Positions 7,853-16,432 of a DNA stretch of 23,433 nucleotides are shown here, in pieces (positions within the stretch are counted from its first letter, which is position 1; each line of letters begins with the position of its first letter). The DNA comes from Myxococcales bacterium (GTDB lineage Bacteria; Myxococcota_A; Polyangia; Polyangiales; Polyangiaceae). Position numbers and translations under genes: made by a program. Below the pieces are notes generated by a model, which was not told the origin of the DNA, made no database searches, and was given only the letters and a program-made list of their open reading frames with translations. Location: assembly GCA_016212965.1 (NCBI GenBank), contig JACRDA010000068.1, positions 1 through 23,433 of the forward strand, in the 5' to 3' direction.

Positions 7853-8882
7853 CATCGCGAATTCCTCTGATCTGAGTCTTCTGGCCCTCGTCGCGACTAC
7901 TACGCTCGCGTCGCGGGCTGCCGCCCAGCCGATCGACAAGAAGTCCTGCGCGGTGATGTTCGAAGAGGCTCAGACCGAGCGGCAGGCCGGGAAGTTGAAC
8001 GCTGCGCGCGCAGCAGCCGCGGGGTGCGCCCAGGAGGAGTGCCCGACGGTCGTGCGCAAGCAATGCGCGGCGTGGCTTGACGAGCTCAAGGCGGCGATCC
8101 CATCGATCCTGGTAACCGCCGAGGACGCGGCCGGCCGAAGCGTATCAGACGCGTTGCTGATCATCGACGGCACGACCATGGCGACGCGGCTCGAAGGAGA
8201 CGCCATCGCCCTGGACCCAGGCGAACACGAGGTGCGGATCGTGCCAAACGGCGCGCCCCCCCAAACCAAGCAGGTGGCGCTCGTCCAAGGCCAGCAACGC
8301 GCAGTGACGTTTACGGTGGCCGCACCCCCGTCCCCCCGCCGCAGCACTGAAAGTGTGCCCTCTGCCGCGAGCGCGACAGCGACAGTCGAAGACGACGACT
8401 GGGCCGGCAGCTACGCGGTGGGCAGCTCTGGCCTTCTGAGCGGAGCTAGCCTTCTGGACGTGCCGTCGCTAAGCGGCGTGTTCGCGCGGGATGGCGGCGC
8501 GGACGGGTTCCTCGGGCTCAGCGCGAGCACGCGCTTCACCTACGAGCATTTCCTCCTCCAGACGGAGGTCAGCGTTCGCGTGGGGTCCGGGCAATTTGAC
8601 AAGGAGCTCGCCTGGTCGCCCACCTTGGGACTCGGTGGTGCGGTTGCCGTCGCAAAGAACGTGGCCTTCAGCCCCATGGCACGCCTGAGCATGTTCTTCT
8701 TCAGCGGTGTGACTGCCAACCTCTTCGCACCGGTGGCCGAGTTTCCGGTTACCGTCTTTGTCGGCAAGAACGGATACGTCGAGCCCTTCATCGACATCGG
8801 CGCGGTGATCGCCGCAGCTGGCGGCAGGGCAGTCGGGGGCTTCCTGTTTGACGTCGGCTACAGGCTCGGCGTCGTGTTCTGA
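7785..8882 (+). CDS. Secreted Cys-rich/PEGA-like domain protein with a C-terminal outer-membrane beta-barrel-like domain
   Basis: Signal-peptide-like LSLLALVATTTLASRAAA|QP, followed by a 4-Cys helical segment. PEGA-like stretch: IIDGTTMATRLEGDAIALDPGEHEVRIVPNG...AVTFTV. The last ~160 aa are Gly/aromatic-rich and end in an alternating beta-signal (DVGYRLGVVF, terminal Phe). Start is problematic: GTG 7785 overlaps the kinase by 68 nt, while the ATG at 7849 (ATGA overlap with the kinase stop) is in another frame. See findings. Confidence 0.7.
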   Translation: MVAPAPSTWTQRASSGFGWSAYDIANSSDLSLLALVATTTLASRAAAQPIDKKSCAVMFEEAQTERQAGKLNAARAAAAGCAQEECPTVVRKQCAAWLDELKAAIPSILVTAEDAAGRSVSDALLIIDGTTMATRLEGDAIALDPGEHEVRIVPNGAPPQTKQVALVQGQQRAVTFTVAAPPSPRRSTESVPSAASATATVEDDDWAGSYAVGSSGLLSGASLLDVPSLSGVFARDGGADGFLGLSASTRFTYEHFLLQTEVSVRVGSGQFDKELAWSPTLGLGGAVAVAKNVAFSPMARLSMFFFSGVTANLFAPVAEFPVTVFVGKNGYVEPFIDIGAVIAAAGGRAVGGFLFDVGYRLGVVF

Positions 8883-8937
8883 TCTGGTCAGCGACGGCCA
8901 GCCTGGCCCGCGCCGGCGACAAGCACAAGGCCGCCCT

Positions 8938-8979
8938 GGCGCCCCGCTTGTGTCGGCGCGCGCCCCGCTCGTGTCGACA
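8938..8979. repeat. Two 21-nt-spaced units GCGCCCCGCT(T/C)GTGTCG(G/A)C, sharing their core with the 4866-5165 array
   Basis: CGCCCCG occurs at 8940 and 8961 (21-nt spacing) with matching GTGTCG tails. A further CTGCCCCGG lies at 9010-9018. Confidence 0.6.
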
Positions 8980-9128
8980 GAGACTCGCGTTGGCAGCAGT
9001 CGTCCCGAGCTGCCCCGGCACATTGCGCCCGCGATGTCCATTACACGGCCATTACAGTCGCGAGGGCCACGCCGGGGATGACCGAGCCGCCTTCGCTCTC
9101 GCGATGCTTGCGGTGCCCTCCGCGGAGC

Positions 9129-9178
9129 GATAGGCTCGGATAGGCTCGGATAGGCTCGGATAGGCTCGGATAGGCTCG
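9129..9178. repeat. Perfect 10-bp tandem repeat GATAGGCTCG x5
   Basis: Read directly from the sequence: five head-to-tail identical copies, about 210-260 bp upstream of the zinc-knuckle gene ATG. Confidence 0.97.
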
Positions 9179-9386
9179 GCAAGCGCGATGCGGCCGGGAG
9201 GCGCGGCGCGGGGAATCGCCAGGCGCGTGCGAATGGCTCGCGCCGCAAGATCAGAGCACCCCCGGAGAATATGGCGTATAGCTTGTGTGCTATGACGCAG
9301 GATAACCGGTTGGAGATCGACTGCGCAAATGCCCCGACGCGTGCACACGCGGAGGGCGCGAGACAGGGAGAGAACCGGAGAGAACC

Positions 9387-10124
9387 ATGGCATGCTCCGT
9401 TTGCTTTGAAGTGGGCCACAACGCTGCCACATGCCCTGTGGCGCGGCGCTGTTCGAATTGCGGCGGCGTCGGGCACTACGCGACGACTTGCCCGAGAATG
9501 CGACGATGCGGCAACTGTGGAAAGCGCGGCCATTACGCGACGACTTGCCCACATGGCGAGGCTGACCGAGTGTGCTCGCTTTGCGGCACTGCGGGCCACA
9601 ACAGGGCCACCTGCTCGTTGAGTGACGGTTACGTGGACCCAATTGAATCGGTCGTTGACCGCATCGAGGATGTGCCGATACCTCGAGGCCGCAGAGTGGT
9701 GAACCTCGAGGCCGACGGATGGCTCGGCGCCCACCTGCCCGTGTCCTTGTGGAAGGAGCGCACCGACGAATACCTTCGGGCGCTGCGCACATATGAACGA
9801 CTCCGCCCTGCCTTCAAGGCTCTCGTTACGGAGGTTCACAGGGCCTGTAACCACGTACTCTATGTGGGCCGCGCAGGCGCGAATCCGAATCTACTGCGCA
9901 GCCGCTTTGACGCGCATCGCGCGGAGCGCGGAGCGCAATTCATCAAGCCGGTATTTCGTGTCGCCACACAGCTTGCGCGCGATGCGCGTTGGGAGGTCGT
10001 CGCCATCCGGTGGATGATGCGCCGGCATGACGATGGCACCCTCTGCTGCAATAACACGGCAGCCGACGATCGCGGCCAATGGCCGGCAACCGAGGACACG
10101 GTGGTCTATGTTGTTACGTGTTGA
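9387..10124 (+). CDS. Protein with four CCHC zinc knuckles (C-X2-C-X4-H-X4-C) and a C-terminal GIY-YIG-like putative nuclease domain
   Basis: ATG is preceded by GGAGAG. Knuckles: CSVCFEVGHNAATC, CSNCGGVGHYATTC, CGNCGKRGHYATTC, CSLCGTAGHNRATC. The C-terminal HVLYVGRAGANPNLLRSRFDAH resembles the YIG-Arg-His block of GIY-YIG nucleases, with a later WEVV Glu and CCNN Asn. Codon usage is atypical for the window (many A/T-ending codons). Confidence 0.8.
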   Translation: MACSVCFEVGHNAATCPVARRCSNCGGVGHYATTCPRMRRCGNCGKRGHYATTCPHGEADRVCSLCGTAGHNRATCSLSDGYVDPIESVVDRIEDVPIPRGRRVVNLEADGWLGAHLPVSLWKERTDEYLRALRTYERLRPAFKALVTEVHRACNHVLYVGRAGANPNLLRSRFDAHRAERGAQFIKPVFRVATQLARDARWEVVAIRWMMRRHDDGTLCCNNTAADDRGQWPATEDTVVYVVTC

Positions 10125-10259
10125 GCGCGCCGCGAAGTCGACCGCGCGCGAGGTTCGCCCACCCGATGGCTGGTGCTCCGCGCCTGGGAACGCACCCGAA
10201 CGCACCGCGGCTCGTCCCGGCTCTTCCTCCCCCGGATCCTCGCTGCGCTCGTCGCCTGG

Positions 10260-10304
10260 GTCGGGCACCGTCGGGCACCCTCTGCTGAGCTCTGCTGAGC
10301 TGAG
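10260..10304. repeat. Two back-to-back perfect 10-bp tandem duplications, (GTCGGGCACC)x2 then (TCTGCTGAGC)x2 plus TGAG
   Basis: Read directly from the sequence. They end at the GTG (10304) that opens the next ORF. Confidence 0.95.
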
Positions 10305-10870
10305 TGGCTACCACGTTCTGCAGGCTGACCGTGGCTGAGAATCGCATATCAGTGATCGATGCGGCGTCGTGCCTTGGCAGGCAGAAGCAGCATGTATTTA
10401 AGGTGCTGAAGCGCCTCGGCATTGTGCCAGAGATGGCTCCTGCGTCTCGTTCGCGCGGGCAGCGCGTGGCGTACCTGTCCGAGGAGCAGTTTCGTTCCCT
10501 CGAGGCGGCGCTTGGATCTGTTGATGGACCTTCTGGCGAGCCTGGCGAGCAGGCGACGCGGCACGGCGCCTTCTACCTCATCCAACTCGAGCCGGTTCTT
10601 GAGCCCGGGCGATTCAAGCTCGGATTCGCCAGCAATCTCGAGGAGCGGCTCAGAGCCCACAAGGTGGCCGCTCCGCTGTGTCGAGTGGTTAAGACCTGGC
10701 CGTGTAGGTTGCTTTGGGAGAAGACAGCGATTGAGAGTGTTGCGCGAGGTTGCGAGCGCGTGCACACGGAGGTGTTTCGCGCTCCCGGACCCGACGGACT
10801 CGATGCGATCACGCGTCGTGCGGATGCCTTCTTCGCGTTGATGCCTGAGGTCCCGCGTCGGCCGCCCTGA
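10304..10870 (+). CDS. HTH-like N-terminal domain plus GIY-YIG superfamily (T5orf172-like) domain protein
   Basis: The N-terminal ISVIDAASCLGRQKQHVFKVLKRLGI looks like a helix-turn-helix. The C-terminal GAFYLIQLEPVLEPGRFKLGFASNLEERLRAHKVAAP...WEKTAIE...HTEVF fits the GIY...(K/Y)(I/L)G...R..H...E pattern. Start is uncertain (GTG 10304, 10331 or 10352). GC is lower than in the core genes. Confidence 0.7.
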   Translation: MATTFCRLTVAENRISVIDAASCLGRQKQHVFKVLKRLGIVPEMAPASRSRGQRVAYLSEEQFRSLEAALGSVDGPSGEPGEQATRHGAFYLIQLEPVLEPGRFKLGFASNLEERLRAHKVAAPLCRVVKTWPCRLLWEKTAIESVARGCERVHTEVFRAPGPDGLDAITRRADAFFALMPEVPRRPP

Positions 10871-11191
10871 AGTCAGCGATAGAGCCGCTCGGCATCGAGC
10901 CCCTCGGCTGCCGCGAACCGCGAACCCCATCACGGACTTTCCCGATCGCTCGAGCGCCCTCAACGCCTCTGCTTCGCCCCAACGCCCCAACGCCTGCTCG
11001 TCCCGTGCGTCGTGCCCCGTGCCCGACACCGATTCGACACGCGGCCCTCCGGCCCTCACGCGTGTCAGCTCGTTGTAGCCGCTCGGCACTCAGCGCTCGC
11101 GCGGACGGCCGTGACGCCGCTGCCGCCCTCCCGCCCCGTCACCGCCCGTCGCCGCCCACCCCGAACCCACCCCCCCTGAGCCCCCCCTGAG

Positions 11192-11386
11192 CCCTGGGGC
11201 AGGGGCGTGCGGTTCGGCGCGGCATGGGAGGGTCCCGATGCGAGCGCGAGGACGCAGGCGGACGAGCTCGCAACCGCAACGCACCGGCTGCCTGCGCCCG
11301 AGCGCGAGCCAGGGGAGGGGCCCATGCCGCGCCGAACCGCACGCCCCTGCCCCAGGGCGATGCCGCACGCCCCTGCCCCAGGGCGA
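11192..11386. repeat. 166-bp palindromic element with perfect 37-bp inverted arms, plus a 24-nt tandem re-duplication of the right end
   Basis: Left arm CCCTGGGGCAGGGGCGTGCGGTTCGGCGCGGCATGGG (11192-11228) is the exact reverse complement of 11321-11357. The 92-bp interior is itself partly self-complementary. CCGCACGCCCCTGCCCCAGGGCGA occurs at 11337-11360 and again at 11363-11386, ending exactly at the stop codon of the M28 gene. Confidence 0.9.
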
Positions 11387-12711
11387 CTAGCCTCGAAGGC
11401 TCTCCGGCATGTGCGCCAGCACCGCCACCGCAACCGCGAACCCGGCGAGCGCGTGATCGAGATCTTCGCGCGACACGTTCTCGAGGACGTCGTTGGCCGA
11501 ATGGTGGAAGTCGAAGTAGCGCGTCGCGTCCTGGCGGAGGTCGAAGAACGGCACGCCGAGGCCGCGGAGCGGCTGGATGTCGACGCCGCCGCGGGCGCCG
11601 CCGGGGTCGAGGGCGATGCCGAGGGGGCCCAGCGCGGTGTGCAGGTGGCGGGCGGCCGCCGATTGGGCCTGGCCCTCGGGCATGCGCAGGGCCCAGGGCT
11701 TGCCGTCGCCCTGATCGGCCTCGAGCGCGACGAAATGCTGGCCGGCCTCGTCCTTGTGCGCCGCCGCGTAGGCGTGGCCGCCGCCGCTGCCGAGCTCCTC
11801 GTTGGCGAAGAGCGCGATGCGGACGGTGCGGCGCGGCCGGACCGGGAGCTCCGCGACGAGGCGCGCGGTCTCGAGCGCGAGCACGCAGCCGGCGCCGTCG
11901 TCGAGCGCGCCGCGCCCGAGGTCCCAGGTGTCGAGGTGCGCGCCGAAGAGCACGATCTCGTGGGCGAGGTCGGTGCCCGGCACCTCCGCCAGGACGTTGT
12001 GCCCGGTGCCGCTCGGCAAGGAGCGGCAGCCGAGCTCGAGCCGCAGGCGCACGCGCCGGCCCGAGGCCGCGAGGCGCGCGAGCAAGTCGCCGTCCGGCAC
12101 GCACACCGCGGCCGCGGGGATCTGCGGGGCGTCGGACTCGTAGAAGAGCATCCCGACGTGGGGCGCGCGCGTCGCGCTCGTGGCGATGGAGCGCACGAGG
12201 CAGCCGACCGCGCCGAGGCGCGCGGCGTGCGAGGTCGCGTGCGCCCGGAGGTAGCCGCCGTGGTTGTAGCCCGTGCCGTCGCGCAGGCGCGGCATCAGGT
12301 GGTGGATGTAGACGATGCGGCCCTCCACGCCCGCGCGCCCGAGCTCTTGCAGGGCGTCGAGCGACGGTACGACCACGAGCTCCGCCTCGAGCCCGCCCGC
12401 CGGGGTCGGGACGCTGCCGCCGAGGGCGGCGACCACGATCGACTGGCACGTGGGCTCGAGGATCTCGGCGCGCGCCGAGCCGCGCTCCCAGCGGGTGCAT
12501 TCGGCGGGCTCGGTGCGCACGTTCGCGAGCCCGGCCCGGCCCGCGGCCGCGAGGGCCCACGCGACGCCCGCGGCCTCGCCGGGGGTGCCGGTGAAGCGCG
12601 GACCCACGTCGTCGTTGAGCGACACGAGCAGATCCCAGGCGCGCGAGGCGTCGCGCGCCCCTTGCCGCAGCTGACGGAGCCAGGGCGCCTCGTGGGAATG
12701 GCGGTGGGGCA

Positions 12712-12712
<1 letters not shown>
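11387..12712 (-). CDS. M28-family metallo-aminopeptidase
   Basis: 441 aa starting at MPHRHSHEAPW. Motifs: FGAHLDTWDLGRGALDDGAGC, LFANEELGSGGG, FVALEADQG, FHHSANDVLENV. The start ATG shares one nt with the fumarase stop (TGATG). The longer ORF to 13969 is read-through in an open frame. Confidence 0.9.
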
Positions 12713-14331
<1,619 letters not shown>

Positions 14332-14393
14332 GACGACCATTCTCCTTCTGGCCGGCCGGGCTTCGTGGCCGCCGGCAATGAGGCGGGGCGCCG

Positions 14394-15932
14394 CTAGCGC
14401 TCGCCCGCGAGCAGCGCGAGCAGGGACAGCATCGGCACGCAGGTGGGCAGGCCGGCCTGCCAGTCGGCCGGCGCGAGCGCCGAGCCGCCGATGTCGATGT
14501 GGACGAAGGGCAGCGGGCCGCCCCGGAGGCCGGCCGTGATGTCGAGGAACGCGAACGGGAACTGGTGACCGCGCGCCGTGGCGGACGAGGCGGCGTTGTT
14601 GCACGACAGGACGTCCTCGGCGCCGCTCTTGGCGGCGACGAAGGCGTAGTCCTCGCGCCGGGGGCGGGTGCGCTCGGCGGGCTCGCCCCACGCGTCGCCG
14701 AGCTCATCGAGCGCCTCGACGAGCCCGGCGTCGCGCGCTGGGCGGTTGCCGATGAGGCCGGTGTAGGGGCCGAAGGCCCGGTAGACGTGCCCGGTCAGGG
14801 TGGCGACGGAGGCGAGGATCGGGCCGCGCGCGCCCGCCGCGAGCTCCTTGCAGCGGGCGAGCAGGTCCGCGAGCACGAGCCGCCCCTCGGCGTCGGTGTT
14901 GCCGATGCGGACGCGTACGCCGCCGCGGCTCGTGACGATCTCGTCGGTGACGTAGCTCTCCTCGCCGATCGAGTTGCGCCCGAGCCCGAGCAGGCCGACC
15001 ACCTCGACACCCGGCAAGCGCAAGGCCGCGACCGCGCGGACGAGGCCCGCGACCGCCGCCGCGCCGCCCTTGTCGCGCGACATGCCAGCCATGTGGCCGT
15101 CGGTCTTGAGATCGGCGCCGCCCGTGTCGTAGGTGACGCCCTTGCCGGCGAGCAAGAGCGTGCGCTTCACCTCGCCCTCGGGGCGGTAGCGGAGCTCGAC
15201 CACGCAGGGCCGGTGCCGCTCGACCTGCTGCGAGGCGCGCGCCACGGCCGCGATGAGCGGGTACGCCGACACGTCTTCCTCGACGGCGACCGTGACGCCG
15301 GTGCCCAGGAAGGTCTCGCGGCACAGGGCGGCCACGCGGCGCGGGGCCATGCGCTCGGGCTCGGTCGCGATGATGTCGCGGCAGAGATCGCGCGCGCGGT
15401 CGATCGCGGCGAGCTCCGCGGCGCGCTCGGGCCCGAGGCCGACCACCGTGATCGACTCGGCCGCGAGCTTCGCCGTCCCGGCCTCGCGCGCCTCGAGCGG
15501 CGCCCACTGGCTGCCGCGCGCCGCGAGCGCCGCGAGCTCCGCGGCGTGCACGAACTTCGGCCCGGCCGGCACCGACACCGCGAGGAGCGGGCGCCGCGCA
15601 CCGGCCGCGACGGCGCGCACGACCGCGGCGGCGGCGGCCTCGCTCACGGCGCGGACGTCGTCCGTGTCCTCGTCGAGCGCGCCGAGCGCGGCCACGACGA
15701 CCCGCCCGCCCGGCGCGGTCGGCCAGGGCAGCAGGCTCGCGGTCGCCTTGCCTTTGGCGAAGCTCGCGTCCGCCCGGCCGAGCGCCGCGACGGCGGCGCT
15801 CGCCACGGGCCCGAGGGTGGCGGCGTGCGCGGCGTGCGGCGCGTGCACGACGACGACGAGGGCATCGTGGGCCGAGGTGGCGAGGTCGGCGGCCTGGAGC
15901 AGCGCCGGCAGCGCGGAGCGGAGCTCGGTCAT
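14394..15932 (-). CDS. pepA: M17 leucyl aminopeptidase
   Basis: 512 aa. Motifs: [27 protein letters not shown], and the M17 signature [12 protein letters not shown]. Confidence 0.92.
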   Translation of the reverse strand: MTELRSALPALLQAADLATSAHDALVVVVHAPHAAHAATLGPVASAAVAALGRADASFAKGKATASLLPWPTAPGGRVVVAALGALDEDTDDVRAVSEAAAAAVVRAVAAGARRPLLAVSVPAGPKFVHAAELAALAARGSQWAPLEAREAGTAKLAAESITVVGLGPERAAELAAIDRARDLCRDIIATEPERMAPRRVAALCRETFLGTGVTVAVEEDVSAYPLIAAVARASQQVERHRPCVVELRYRPEGEVKRTLLLAGKGVTYDTGGADLKTDGHMAGMSRDKGGAAAVAGLVRAVAALRLPGVEVVGLLGLGRNSIGEESYVTDEIVTSRGGVRVRIGNTDAEGRLVLADLLARCKELAAGARGPILASVATLTGHVYRAFGPYTGLIGNRPARDAGLVEALDELGDAWGEPAERTRPRREDYAFVAAKSGAEDVLSCNNAASSATARGHQFPFAFLDITAGLRGGPLPFVHIDIGGSALAPADWQAGLPTCVPMLSLLALLAGER

Positions 15933-16003
15933 GGGTGCGCGGATACTACCCGCTCGCGCAGGGCGCCAGGGTTTCCGTACGCTCTGCTAGGCTGCGGGCT
16001 CCG

Positions 16004-16420
16004 ATGACCGCCGACCTTTCCCGCTTCGAGCTCGACGTGCGCTTCGCCGAGACCGATCTCATGGGCATCGTGCACCACGCGACCTACCTCGTGTACTTCG
16101 AGGCCGCGCGCGTCGACTGGCTCAAGAAGCGAGGGGCGTTCTACCAGGACTGGGCAGCGCTCGGCGCGCACCTGCCCGTCGCCGAGGTGAAGCTCCGCTA
16201 CAAGAAGCCGGCGCGCTTCGACGAGCGGCTCGTGGTCGAGACGCGGCTCGTGGAGGCCAAGCGCTTCTCGCTCCGCTTCGCCCAAGAGGCGCTGCGTTCG
16301 GGCGAGCTCCTCTGCGCGGCCGAGGTGCTGCTCGCCTGCGTCGGCGACGATCTCGCGCTCCGGCGCATCCCGGACGAGCTCGCCGCCGTGCTCGGGCGGG
16401 GCGAGCTCGCGCGGGAGTGA
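16004..16420 (+). CDS. 4HBT/YbgC-type acyl-CoA thioesterase (hotdog fold)
   Basis: 138 aa. FAETDLMGIVHHATYLVYFEAARVDWL is the typical Asp-x-x-G-x-V-H hotdog thioesterase N-terminus. Divergent from pepA with a 71-bp gap. Confidence 0.85.
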   Translation: MTADLSRFELDVRFAETDLMGIVHHATYLVYFEAARVDWLKKRGAFYQDWAALGAHLPVAEVKLRYKKPARFDERLVVETRLVEAKRFSLRFAQEALRSGELLCAAEVLLACVGDDLALRRIPDELAAVLGRGELARE

Positions 16421-16432
16421 GAGCGTGCGGCG

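Noticed and set aside
12661-12685. CTTGCCGCAGCTGACGGAGCC, which resembles the arm of the CAGCTG palindromic elements.
   Set aside because: It lies inside the M28 peptidase coding region (encoding PWLRQLRQG) with no partner arm nearby. It is probably a chance similarity in GC-rich sequence.
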